A DNA stretch of 54,046 nucleotides. Origin: a virus. Its lineage: Duplodnaviria > Caudoviricetes. A program made the translations under genes and the position numbers. This document shows positions 35,333-44,955 of this stretch, piece after piece. The DNA lies in the IMG/VR virus record IMGVR_UViG_3300048597_000384, positions 1-54,046 of that record, one strand, 5' to 3'. A model generated the notes under the pieces. That model was not told the origin of the DNA, ran no database searches, and worked only from the letters and a program-made list of their open reading frames with translations. The first letter of the stretch is position 1. Every line of letters starts with the position of its first letter.

Positions 35333-37318
35333 ATGAGCACGGCTGCAGTTGTTCCCGCCGACGTGGTGTGGGCGGAAGAGCCGCGCTCGCCGTCGCTGGG
35401 CGTGGCCTACCAGGTGTGGGAGGCCCTCTACCGGATGCTGCTGGCGGACCAGCTCCCGCCGGAAGAGATCCGGATCGCCGAAGGCGTGGCAGTCCTGTCC
35501 GCGGCCTCGCAGGCGCGGCTGATCCCGCAGGTCGACGACGAGCCGGACGAGCTGACCTCGATCGACCTCAGCTCGGTGGGCCTCGGCCGCATCATCCGGC
35601 TGTCCTGCCTGGATACCGGCGACAGCGGCGCGCCCCCGGCGATCACCGTGCGCCACAAGGCAGCCGGCATCATCAACAGCGGCGAGCTGGTGCTCGCCGA
35701 CGGTGCCGACATCGTCCTGACCAGCCCTGCGGAATGGCTGTGGCTGCAGCGGCTCGACAGCCAGTTCGTGCAGATCCTGCCCATCGGCGCCGGCCGGCTC
35801 GGCCGGCTCAGCCAGAACCTGGACATGCAGGGCTACGCCGCGTTCGGCGGGGCCTACTTCCTCGACAGCCACGCGGACTCGGCCCGGACCATCACGACTG
35901 CCCACCGCGGCAAGCAGCAGGTGAACACGATCTCCTGCGTCTACACCCTGCCGATGGCGCAGCCGACCGACGGCACCGCCTGGAAGCCCGGCGACTTCGT
36001 CCTGTTCCGGCAGGAAGCGGCGGCCTGCAGCTTCGTGACCTCGCTGGGCTCCACGCCGCGCAACCTCGACAATCACGACCGCGGCCGCGGCGTCGGGGCC
36101 AAGATGGAATGCGAGCTGATCCGGGTCTCGCCCACCTTCCTGTGGCAGCTGGCCGGGCAGACGCAGGCGGCGGGCGGGTCACCGGTCCCAACCGAGCGCA
36201 CCTTCCTGACCGCGGTGTCGACCAGCACGATCAGCACCGACGCCGCCTCGACGGCGTGGAAGAACGCGCTCTCCCTGGCCCATACACCGGGGGCAAGCGA
36301 GCGCTGGCTCTACCTTGCGCATGGCGGGTTCAAGTCCAGCTCGTCGCAGAGCAACACCGGCGGCGAGCTGCGCTTTCGGCGCCTGGAAGCCGCGGCGGGG
36401 CCGCAGCTGGGTGCCCCGCGCTATTCCACGCACCAGTCCGGCATGCTGATGATGACGGCCGCCGAGTATGGCGGCAGCCCCGGCGCCCAGTCGATCGACC
36501 TCGACATCAAGGTCGGCAACGGGACCTATTCGGCCTCGCTGGTGTTGCCGCAGATCGTCGGCATCCGGCTGGAAGCCGACGAGTTCCTCGAGCAGGCGGC
36601 GGGGGCGGACAACAACCTGACCTCGACCACCTATGTGGACCTGCTCACGCTGACCGAGACCTTCGCCGCCGACGACTACTATGTTTTCGCCTGGGGCGAC
36701 TATGCCTCGGTCGACGTCGGCGGTGTGACCATGGCGGTCGATGTCGACGGTGTGCTGCGCCACGAGAAGGCCTTGGGCCGCAACACCGTGCTCAACGGCT
36801 ATTACGGCGTGCTGCACCCGGTGACCTTCACCGCCGGCAGCAAGACCATCAAGCTCAAGGGCAAATCGAACGGGTCGTGGAACTCGACCGTGAAGAACAT
36901 GGGCATCTGCGTCCTGCGCAAGAGCAATTTCGAGGACACGGCCTCGATCAACAACAACGACCCGGCGACCACCTCGGCCACCGCGTATCAGGATTTCGTC
37001 ACCACGTCGAAGACGCTGCTGGACGGGTGGGACTACCTGGTGCTGGCCGACCTGGACACCAAGCTCGACATCGAGGGCTCCACCCCCTTGGTCAAGGCGC
37101 AGATGGTGCGCAACGGCAGCAGGCTTGGCCAGGAGAGCCGCGGCGTCCCCAGGACCGGCGGGCAGTACGTGCCGTGCAGCGCCGGCTTCATGGCGACGGT
37201 GACCAAGGCGCTCGAGGAAGACGCCTTCGCGCTGCAGTACGCCAGCGGCCGCAGCACCGAGACGGCCGAGGGCAAGGAAGGCACCCTCCTGCTGCTGGCC
37301 CTGGCGCGCACCGCCTGA
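35333..37318 (+). CDS. Tail fiber / receptor-binding protein with three C-terminal beta-rich repeats
   Basis: 661 aa after TipJ; repeated S/T-rich ...STAWKN / TSTTYVD / TSATAYQD units. Confidence 0.7.
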   Translation: MSTAAVVPADVVWAEEPRSPSLGVAYQVWEALYRMLLADQLPPEEIRIAEGVAVLSAASQARLIPQVDDEPDELTSIDLSSVGLGRIIRLSCLDTGDSGAPPAITVRHKAAGIINSGELVLADGADIVLTSPAEWLWLQRLDSQFVQILPIGAGRLGRLSQNLDMQGYAAFGGAYFLDSHADSARTITTAHRGKQQVNTISCVYTLPMAQPTDGTAWKPGDFVLFRQEAAACSFVTSLGSTPRNLDNHDRGRGVGAKMECELIRVSPTFLWQLAGQTQAAGGSPVPTERTFLTAVSTSTISTDAASTAWKNALSLAHTPGASERWLYLAHGGFKSSSSQSNTGGELRFRRLEAAAGPQLGAPRYSTHQSGMLMMTAAEYGGSPGAQSIDLDIKVGNGTYSASLVLPQIVGIRLEADEFLEQAAGADNNLTSTTYVDLLTLTETFAADDYYVFAWGDYASVDVGGVTMAVDVDGVLRHEKALGRNTVLNGYYGVLHPVTFTAGSKTIKLKGKSNGSWNSTVKNMGICVLRKSNFEDTASINNNDPATTSATAYQDFVTTSKTLLDGWDYLVLADLDTKLDIEGSTPLVKAQMVRNGSRLGQESRGVPRTGGQYVPCSAGFMATVTKALEEDAFALQYASGRSTETAEGKEGTLLLLALARTA

Positions 37319-40300
37319 TGCTGACCCCCGCCATCGCGGCGATCGTCGGCACCGCCGGCGCTCCGGCCGTGCGGCCGACGCCGAGCCTGGTCTGTGTCGG
37401 CAACTCGGTGCGGATGAGTGCGACCGACCTCGCCTCGATCAGCTTCAACCCGGTGATCGACGACGTCACCAACGATGGCGCCGAGGTCGAGCTGGTGGGG
37501 CTGGATCCGCTCCCGTCCACCCAGGGCACGGTGGGGCGGGTCGGCAACGTGGTGACCTATACCAGGGCACCCGGCTATGCCGGCACGTTCGAGCTCGCCT
37601 ACCACGCGCGCTCGGCCACGGGTGCCGAGGCCAGCGGCCTGATCAGCTTCGTGATCGACGGGGTCACGACGCCGGGCTTCGTGACCGGCGTGGCCGATAC
37701 GCTCGACCTCGAGGTGGGCTCGGCCAGCCGGGACTTCGACGTGCTGGCCAACGACAGCGGCTCGGGGCCGATCGAGATCGCGCCCGGCAGCCTGGTGCAG
37801 CCGGCCGGCGGGCCGACGCTTGCCATCGTCGGCGGTCTGCTGCGGGTGACCCGCAACTCCGCGGCCCTGGGCAGCTACACCGGCGGGTCCTACCGGCCGC
37901 GCCTGACCGACGGCTCGCGCCTGGGCGACCCGGTGCCGGTGACCATCCGGGTGGTCTCGGCGACGGTGACCGCCCCGAACTTCACCGTGGTGGTGCCGAT
38001 CACCGCGGCCTCGCCCTTCGTGATCGACGCCCTGGCGCGCTGCAGCGGCTCCGGGCCCCTGGAGCTCCACCCGACCGGGCTGACCGCACCCACCGGCTCG
38101 GCCGACAGTGCCGCCATCTCCGGCGGCAAGATCAATTATACCCGCAGCACGACCCCGGCCGGCGTCTACACGATGGGCTACAAGGCCCGGCTGGTCGCCA
38201 CCCCGGCGGTCGAGGCCACGGGCACCATCACGATCAGGGTGATCGACAACTGGTGGCACGGCCGGCCGCGGCGCGGCGACCGGATGTGGCCCACCGGTTA
38301 CCACGAGATGGGCAGCTCGGCGGCGACCTGGGTCGCCAACAACGGCAACCTCGACGCCTATAGCGGGCGCATCGCCCGGCCGGGCACGTCGGACGCGACC
38401 TGGGAGGGCATCTGGGGCGGGACCGACACCGAGGCCCTGAGCGCGGTGACGGTGCAGGCGAACTCGCAGCTGGACTGGAGCACCGGCGACTTCGGCGCCC
38501 ACGCCCGGGCCATGCCCGTCGACGGGGGGTTCCTCCTGGCCGAATGCGAGCTGTTCCCGGCCAGCTTCCAGCCCGCCAGTGCGACGGACGTGCGGATCTG
38601 GGACCTGATCGACGGCGGCACGCTCGACGCCGGCTACCAGCGGATGGGTGCGCGGCTGCGCAGCAACCTCGCAGCGCTGGGATGGTGGGACCTCGATCTG
38701 TTCGTCCTGGTGCCGTTCCCGGGCATGAACGCCCAGACCGGGATCTGCCGGGTCTACAGCGGCAGCCGGGCCAGGTTCCGCGCGTCGATGGAGCGGGTCT
38801 ACGCCAAGCTGCGCGAGGGCTTCGGCTCCCGGCTGCGCATCGCCCACGTGGTGGCGCGCAAGAACCGGCTGGGGGCCTCGATCCAGGACTGGACCCCGAA
38901 GAACGCCGCCGGCGGCGTGGACGCGGTCGGCCTGGTCTTCAACCCGAGTGCCCTGGTCACCAACGAGGCGACCTTCGCCACCTATCTCGATGCCTGGGAC
39001 GCCGCCAGCTACGGCATGGACGGCGACGCGGTGCCGGCGGCCGCCAGCCTCGGCGTGCCGCTGATCGTGCCCAAATGGGGGCCGCTGGCCCGCGTCACCG
39101 CCGGCGAGAACCCGTGCCCGGCCGGCGACGTCGTGGTGCAGCAGTTCAGCAAGTTCCTGCGCGCGCGCGCCAAGGCGAAGCTCCTGGTGTGCGATTGCAT
39201 GAGCGGCGCGGACCTGCTGAGCACGACGGCCTACGCCGCCACCGATGCAGCCGGGATCGCGGCCTGGAGCCGGATGGTGGCCGACATCCGCGCCATCTGG
39301 AAGGGTGCCCCGCTGAGCCCGATCCCGCGGCTCACGGCGGGCACCACGACCTTGACCATGGGCTCGTCGGCCACCTCGGTCGACGCCAACCCGCTCGCCG
39401 ATGCGACCGGCTCGGAGACACTGGCGATCCGCCGTGTCGTCGCGGTGCCCACGGGCATGACGGCCTCGGTGGTGGGCTCCGGCACGGCGGCCAGGGTGCG
39501 GATCAACAAGGGTACCGCCAGCTCCGGTCTCAAGCAGATCGTGCCGGAGCTGGCGCTGGGCTCGATCCCGTTCTTCGCCGACGGCGACATCCAGCTGACC
39601 GTGGCCGGGACCGCCTCGACCAGGGCCACGCCCGACAACCCGTTCACCTATCTCTCCGCGCACCACCGGCCGCTGGGGGCTGGCGTGCAGCTTGGGATCC
39701 CGCCGTCGGTGCTCGCCACGGCGATCGGGGCCGCGGATGCGGACGGCGACTACACCGGCGCCACCAACACCCGAGGCCGCATCGCTCAGGTCGGACGGCT
39801 GATGCGCGCCGGCGAAGAAAAGCCGATCCACGTCGTCACGGCTTCCATGACGACCCGGACCGTCAACAAGACCCCCGGCACCGACCCCGCGACGGGGCAC
39901 GATCTGCCGATCAACATCAAGATGCCGGACACCCCCTATGTGCCCTACCCGGGCGTGGGGCACGGCGACTCCGAGGTCAATTTCTGGCCGCGCAACGGGG
40001 ACGCGGACGACGATCTCCTGGACATGTTCTTCCAGTTCCGCTTCGCGAGCTTCACCGACATCAAGGCGTCCAAGGTCCAGACCTGCCGGCTGAGCGGCAT
40101 GGACACGCCGACCGACGGCATGGACGGCGGGCCGAGTGCCTCGCGGATCCGCCTGCCGAGCCATGTCCTCCTGGGCAGCGAGATCAACGGCAGCAACCCG
40201 GGGATCTTCCACCCGCTCAACATCGTCTGCACCCGGCACTCCCATAAGGAGAGGACGTACGCCGACAGCGCGCCGGTGAACTGCCACATCATGAACGATC

Positions 40301-40818
40301 GGGCGGTGTGGCCGGCCTACGGGAAGGACAAATTCAACCCACCCTACGATGCCGGCACGTATCGCGACAACCAGGGCGACATCCCCTACGGCACGCGGCT
40401 GACCTTCACCGACGACGATCTGGATGATCTCCTGGCGCTGCCGGGGCTGACCGCCGCCCAGATCGCCATGATCTGGTGCTGGTACTGCTACGGCGGCATG
40501 GTCGCCGACGGGCACGGCGACCGGGTGGCCAACCCGACGCCGGGCGACGGCCGCGGCCCGTGGCTCTCGGTGCTGCGCGTCCGCGAGGACGGCACGGTGA
40601 GCACCTCGGTCGGCAACAAGCTCACCGACATCTACGAGCATATCTTCCCGCGCCTCTGGCCGGTGAAGAACCCGCGCAAGCACTTCGCCGAGAGCGAGAT
40701 CTTCAACATCCCGGGCAACCCCGGGCACGGCTACCCCTATCTGGGCGGCGGCGGGCCCCGCCATGCCACCAGGTCGATCAACACCGCCTTCGACCGGCCC
40801 ACGGCCGCGGGGATCTGA
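37318..40818 (+). CDS. Large multidomain virion-associated protein: Ig-like repeats, GH26-like barrel, uncharacterised C-terminal domain
   Basis: DVLANDSG and VTYTRAPGYAGTF Ig-like motifs; WDLIDGGTLDAGYQRMGARL; C-terminal domain paralogous to 42312-43673 and 43726-44955. Confidence 0.75.
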   Translation: MLTPAIAAIVGTAGAPAVRPTPSLVCVGNSVRMSATDLASISFNPVIDDVTNDGAEVELVGLDPLPSTQGTVGRVGNVVTYTRAPGYAGTFELAYHARSATGAEASGLISFVIDGVTTPGFVTGVADTLDLEVGSASRDFDVLANDSGSGPIEIAPGSLVQPAGGPTLAIVGGLLRVTRNSAALGSYTGGSYRPRLTDGSRLGDPVPVTIRVVSATVTAPNFTVVVPITAASPFVIDALARCSGSGPLELHPTGLTAPTGSADSAAISGGKINYTRSTTPAGVYTMGYKARLVATPAVEATGTITIRVIDNWWHGRPRRGDRMWPTGYHEMGSSAATWVANNGNLDAYSGRIARPGTSDATWEGIWGGTDTEALSAVTVQANSQLDWSTGDFGAHARAMPVDGGFLLAECELFPASFQPASATDVRIWDLIDGGTLDAGYQRMGARLRSNLAALGWWDLDLFVLVPFPGMNAQTGICRVYSGSRARFRASMERVYAKLREGFGSRLRIAHVVARKNRLGASIQDWTPKNAAGGVDAVGLVFNPSALVTNEATFATYLDAWDAASYGMDGDAVPAAASLGVPLIVPKWGPLARVTAGENPCPAGDVVVQQFSKFLRARAKAKLLVCDCMSGADLLSTTAYAATDAAGIAAWSRMVADIRAIWKGAPLSPIPRLTAGTTTLTMGSSATSVDANPLADATGSETLAIRRVVAVPTGMTASVVGSGTAARVRINKGTASSGLKQIVPELALGSIPFFADGDIQLTVAGTASTRATPDNPFTYLSAHHRPLGAGVQLGIPPSVLATAIGAADADGDYTGATNTRGRIAQVGRLMRAGEEKPIHVVTASMTTRTVNKTPGTDPATGHDLPINIKMPDTPYVPYPGVGHGDSEVNFWPRNGDADDDLLDMFFQFRFASFTDIKASKVQTCRLSGMDTPTDGMDGGPSASRIRLPSHVLLGSEINGSNPGIFHPLNIVCTRHSHKERTYADSAPVNCHIMNDRAVWPAYGKDKFNPPYDAGTYRDNQGDIPYGTRLTFTDDDLDDLLALPGLTAAQIAMIWCWYCYGGMVADGHGDRVANPTPGDGRGPWLSVLRVREDGTVSTSVGNKLTDIYEHIFPRLWPVKNPRKHFAESEIFNIPGNPGHGYPYLGGGGPRHATRSINTAFDRPTAAGI

Positions 40819-40821
40819 GCC

Positions 40822-41853
40822 ATGCCGACTTTCCCAGCCACCGGCGCCTTCGCGGCCAGGTCGGGGAGCAACGCCAGTCGCGGCCCCGAGTTCGAGAAGT
40901 GGCTGGGGGCCACCAAGAACCTGGTTGGCGGCGAGGGCTCCTCGGTGGTGAGTATCCTCGGCGGTGCGATCACGCCCTTGACCTGGCGCGTGGCGGTCGA
41001 CGTGGAAGGCGGTGCGGCGGCCTCGGACGATCTGGACCGGGTCAATGCCGGCAGCGAGTACCACAGCGGTGCCGTGATCGTGCTCTCGGCCGCGGCCGAC
41101 ACCCGCACGATCAACGTGCGCAACCTCACCGGCAACATCGTGCTGAAGTCGAGCAGCTTCCAGCTGAAGGGTGCCTGGGCCCGGCTGTGGCTGGAGCTGC
41201 AGGGCACCAACTGGGTCGAGCTCGCCCGCGACTACGGGCAGGACCGGGCGCAGGAGCGGGCCTTCCTGGGCGTGGACGGTGCGGCGCCGGTCGCGGGCCA
41301 GCCGGCGACCTACAGCCATGCCACCGGTGCCGAGGCCCTCGCCGGCGCCAGCCAGACCGCCGTGATGACGCCCCTGACGAACACGGTGGCGATGCAGTCC
41401 GCGGCGCTGATGATCATGCAGCACGCGGATGCCACTGGCCTCACCGCGGCGGACGAGTTCCTGCTCGCCCGCGGCGGCGTGCTCTACCGGATCAACATCG
41501 TCGAGCTGCTGGCCCCGAGCTTCGCCAACTTCGCCACAACCGGCGAGATCGCCATCACCTCGGCCAACAACGGCTTCGCCGCCCACGGCATGGGCGCGCA
41601 GCCGACCCTCTTGCGGGCCTACTACCGCTGCAAGACGGCCGAGCATGGCTATGCGGTCGGGATGGAGGTCCCGGTCGAGTGCACCAGTCCCGAGGAGACC
41701 TATCGCCGGGTCACCTTCGGGGCAGACGGCACGAACTACTATTTCCAGATGTCCGCCACCACCAACGGGGTGCGCGGCATCCACCGCACCAGCGGTGCCG
41801 CGGTGAACTTCACCAACGCCAACTGGCGCCTGTTCATCCGGATGTGGCGCTGA
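40822..41853 (+). CDS. Second tail fiber-like protein
   Basis: N-terminus resembles that of 35333-37318 (D.L..I...I.L......I.VR...G..VL...WL). Confidence 0.65.
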   Translation: MPTFPATGAFAARSGSNASRGPEFEKWLGATKNLVGGEGSSVVSILGGAITPLTWRVAVDVEGGAAASDDLDRVNAGSEYHSGAVIVLSAAADTRTINVRNLTGNIVLKSSSFQLKGAWARLWLELQGTNWVELARDYGQDRAQERAFLGVDGAAPVAGQPATYSHATGAEALAGASQTAVMTPLTNTVAMQSAALMIMQHADATGLTAADEFLLARGGVLYRINIVELLAPSFANFATTGEIAITSANNGFAAHGMGAQPTLLRAYYRCKTAEHGYAVGMEVPVECTSPEETYRRVTFGADGTNYYFQMSATTNGVRGIHRTSGAAVNFTNANWRLFIRMWR

Positions 41854-41929
41854 GCGCACCCGCCTGGCGCCGGCGGCGCCGGCGTGCCGATCGCGATCCA
41901 AGCCCGACATCGAACCAGAGAGGTTGGCC

Positions 41930-42274
41930 GTGACCACGAAGTCGCTTCGCACCTGCACGGTGGCGAACGGGCAGAGCCTGTCGCCCTACGCCGATTTCCA
42001 GGGCTACTGGCCGGCGGCGTTTCGGGTGCGCGGGCCCGCGCAGGGCACCCACCTGGTGTTCAAGCGCCGGGACTTCGAGATGGAGGGCTACTGGCGGGAC
42101 GCCGGGGCCGCCAAGCAGAGCTGTGCGTTCGTGGTCGACGACTGGTGCGGGCTCGAGCCCGGCCTGCTGCCCTCCTGGGACGATCTGGCCGTCCAGATCT
42201 GCAGCGACGCAAGTGGAACGCCGCAGAACCAGAACCAGGCGGTGGCCATCGACTTCATCGTGATTGCCGACTGA
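41930..42274 (+). CDS. Hypothetical protein
   Basis: GAGG SD, beta-rich, about 114 aa. Confidence 0.65.
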   Translation: MTTKSLRTCTVANGQSLSPYADFQGYWPAAFRVRGPAQGTHLVFKRRDFEMEGYWRDAGAAKQSCAFVVDDWCGLEPGLLPSWDDLAVQICSDASGTPQNQNQAVAIDFIVIAD

Positions 42275-42311
42275 GCGTGCCGATGCCCGCGACGGTGGAC
42301 TGGAGCCAGCA

Positions 42312-43673
42312 ATGACCAGATGGTACGCGTTTGCCGACTTCGCGGAGCGCAATGCCTGCGCCGAGGCCAGGGAGCCCGGCGTGTGCATCTACGTCAACGA
42401 CGACGGCCAGGGGAAGGCCGTGCGCCAGTATTGGGACGGGAGCTGGAAGCGGCTGGCCGGCCCGATCCTGAGCGCGCCGCCGCCGCCCGCCCTCGAGGAG
42501 CCGCCCGCGGAGATCCTGCCGCCCCCGCCTCGGCCGCCCCTTCCTCGGCCGCCGGTCACGGCGGCCGACATCTTCCTGCAGCCGTTCGACGCCGACTCGC
42601 CCTGCAACACACCCTTGGGCAAGGTCCGCTACGGCATCCCGCCCAGCACGCTCGACCCGATGGTGCCGCACCCGGTCTACATGCCCGGCCGGGAGGGCAG
42701 CCGGGGGCGGCTGGTGCTGGTCAAGACCTTCCGCTGCGGTGTCACCAGGCAGGGCAGGAAGTACGCCCACCGGGTCCGGCTGACCGATCCCATGCGCCAG
42801 ATCGAATGGCACGGGCGGGAGCACGGCGGCGGCACGGGCGGCGGGCTGCCCGTGACCCTGCGGATGCCGGTGCCGGGGCCGGGCTGTCCCTATTCGGACG
42901 ATCCGAGCGGCGACAACGAGGTGCTGCTCTATCCCCGCAATGGCGAGGGCGAACTCGCCGACGTGCTCGCGCAGTGCAATTACGACAGCCGCAGGGGCAC
43001 GCCGGGCGTGGCCTCGGCCAGGACGCGCCGGAGCTACTCGCTCAAGGGCCCCGCCGCCCGCAACCGCTTCGACGATCCGGGCGACTGGGGGCCGGGGGCG
43101 ATCGATTTGCGGCACCCGGCGGGCTTCCTGCGCGGCGCCATGGTCGACCTGTCCGGCGGGACTCCGATCCGGCACCTGCTCAACGCCACCGCCACCCGCC
43201 ACTCGCGTGCCGGCGCCAGGCCCTCGCAGCACGTGCTGGGCAGGGGCATGGCCTACCCGGCATGGAACACCGACCGGCCGCTGCGGGCTGAGGACAATCT
43301 GGGCGACATCCCCTACGGGACGATCATCGCCCTGCGCTGGCAGGATCGCGGCCTGCGCGAGACGCTGGGCCTGACCCCCTTCGGCAAGGTGCTGTTCGAC
43401 ACCTTCCTCTACTTCGGCTGCTGCCTGTGCGACGGCCAGGGGCAGGTGGTGGACGATGCGCCGGTCCTGCAGCTCCGGGTGGACTGGGAGCTCACCGCCG
43501 AGAAGGAGGCCGCGGTCGAGGCGGCCCTGGCGAAGCTCCTGCCGCATCTGTGGCCGGTGTTCGATGCCCGCCGCCATGACGAGGACGCGCCGCGCCACAG
43601 CGACGGGCTGATCTATGTCGGCGGCGGCGGCCCGCTCGGGCCGGGCAGCATCAACTCCGCTTGGGACGCGTGA
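42312..43673 (+). CDS. Uncharacterised protein, paralog copy 2 (poly-Pro linker)
   Basis: TRH, DNLGDIPYGT, DGQG, LWP, GGGGPLGPGSINSAWDA. Confidence 0.8.
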   Translation: MTRWYAFADFAERNACAEAREPGVCIYVNDDGQGKAVRQYWDGSWKRLAGPILSAPPPPALEEPPAEILPPPPRPPLPRPPVTAADIFLQPFDADSPCNTPLGKVRYGIPPSTLDPMVPHPVYMPGREGSRGRLVLVKTFRCGVTRQGRKYAHRVRLTDPMRQIEWHGREHGGGTGGGLPVTLRMPVPGPGCPYSDDPSGDNEVLLYPRNGEGELADVLAQCNYDSRRGTPGVASARTRRSYSLKGPAARNRFDDPGDWGPGAIDLRHPAGFLRGAMVDLSGGTPIRHLLNATATRHSRAGARPSQHVLGRGMAYPAWNTDRPLRAEDNLGDIPYGTIIALRWQDRGLRETLGLTPFGKVLFDTFLYFGCCLCDGQGQVVDDAPVLQLRVDWELTAEKEAAVEAALAKLLPHLWPVFDARRHDEDAPRHSDGLIYVGGGGPLGPGSINSAWDA

Positions 43674-43725
43674 TGGTCCCCGGGATCCCGGCGGTCGCCG
43701 GCGCAGGCCGTGTGAGGAGCTGCCG

Positions 43726-44955
43726 ATGCCGTCGCTGATGCAGTGGATGGTGCTCCGGGGCAATCGAGCGGGGCAGGGCGGCGGTGCCCCCGCCCAGGCT
43801 GTGCCGCCCGAGCTGCTGACCCTGCTGCCCAACGGCGGCGCCTACAACCGCCGCGCCCAGCCGCGCTCCTATGCCCTGCCCGACGGTACGGAGGTCGTGA
43901 TCGGCGACCTGGCCGCCGTCGCGCGCCAGCAGGATCTGCTGCTCAATCCATTCGGCGCGCGCAGCGCGCACCACCGGCCGATCGGGCGGGGTGCGGTGAA
44001 GGGCATCCCGGGCACCACCGGTCCGGCCACGCGCGGGCGGCTCGACGTGGTGGGCCGGATCCGCATCCCGAACGCGGCCGACCTGGGCAAGTGGTATTAC
44101 CGGGCGCTCGACGGCGACGACCCGCGCAGCATCACTTCCAGCGGCAGCGGCATCGGCCTGCCCTCGAACGAGAAGATGCCGGCCGGGGTGTTCTACCCGG
44201 ATTCGAGCGACGGCGACTGCATCGTCATCCGTCCGGCGCCGAGCGTGACGGCCGACGCCTGGTATCAGTTCCGAGACGCCGCCAGCACGGCCTCGATCCG
44301 CCGGACCTACACGGTCGACGGCGACGACCTCCCCTGGACGGACGGCCAGGACCGGGGCAACAGCGCCTCGAAGCTGCGCTTCCCGGCGGCCTGCCTGTTC
44401 GCGGACCAGCTCAACCTGGCGAACCCGCCGCCGCAGCGTTACGCGCTGCACCTGACCGCGACGCGGCACGACGGCCAGGGTGCCAACAGCTCGATCCACG
44501 TGCTCGGCAAGACCTGGGTCGCCCCCGCGCTGGGCACGGACGGCGACGCCGGTGACGAGGATCGAAACCTCGGCAACATTCCTTACGGGACCAGGATCTG
44601 GTTGCCTTGGGACGCGCCGTGGCAGGACCTGCGGGAACTGTCCGGCTTCAACCAGCGCCAGAAGGTCTACTTCGACATCTGGCGCCTCTACGGCGCCTAC
44701 ATCCTGGACGGGCAGGGGCAGCACGAGGAAGGCAAGGCAATCCTGCAGCTTCGGCAGACCGGCGGGCTCACGACGGAGGTCATCGCCGAGCTCGAAGCCG
44801 TGCACGCGGTGATCCTCCCTTACCTATGGCCGATGCGGAACGCCCCGGCCTCCTTCACCGACGCCAGCGAGACCTGGGCCGACGGCCTGCCCTACGCCGG
44901 TGGCGACGGCCCGCTCGGCCCGGAATCCATCAACTCCGCCTGGGATGCCCGCTGA
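43726..44955 (+). CDS. Uncharacterised protein, paralog copy 3
   Basis: NPFGARSAHHRPIG, TRH, NLGNIPYGT, DGQG, GGDGPLGPESINSAWDA. Confidence 0.8.
   Translation: MPSLMQWMVLRGNRAGQGGGAPAQAVPPELLTLLPNGGAYNRRAQPRSYALPDGTEVVIGDLAAVARQQDLLLNPFGARSAHHRPIGRGAVKGIPGTTGPATRGRLDVVGRIRIPNAADLGKWYYRALDGDDPRSITSSGSGIGLPSNEKMPAGVFYPDSSDGDCIVIRPAPSVTADAWYQFRDAASTASIRRTYTVDGDDLPWTDGQDRGNSASKLRFPAACLFADQLNLANPPPQRYALHLTATRHDGQGANSSIHVLGKTWVAPALGTDGDAGDEDRNLGNIPYGTRIWLPWDAPWQDLRELSGFNQRQKVYFDIWRLYGAYILDGQGQHEEGKAILQLRQTGGLTTEVIAELEAVHAVILPYLWPMRNAPASFTDASETWADGLPYAGGDGPLGPESINSAWDAR

Noticed and set aside
35329-37317. N-terminal part of the 1829-aa ORF 35329-40818
   Set aside because: Arg/Gly-rich shadow frame over the real 35333-37318 gene; the true protein starts at the TGATG junction at 37318.
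37033-41958. 1641-aa minus-strand ORF and similar long antisense ORFs (18067-19872, 33554-36076, 28508-30373)
   Set aside because: Antisense shadows of high-GC3 genes with no motifs.
39631-44955. Diversity-generating retroelement or invertible tail-fiber switch
   Set aside because: No reverse transcriptase or invertase; the paralogs are co-oriented and broadly diverged, not adenine-specific TR/VR pairs.
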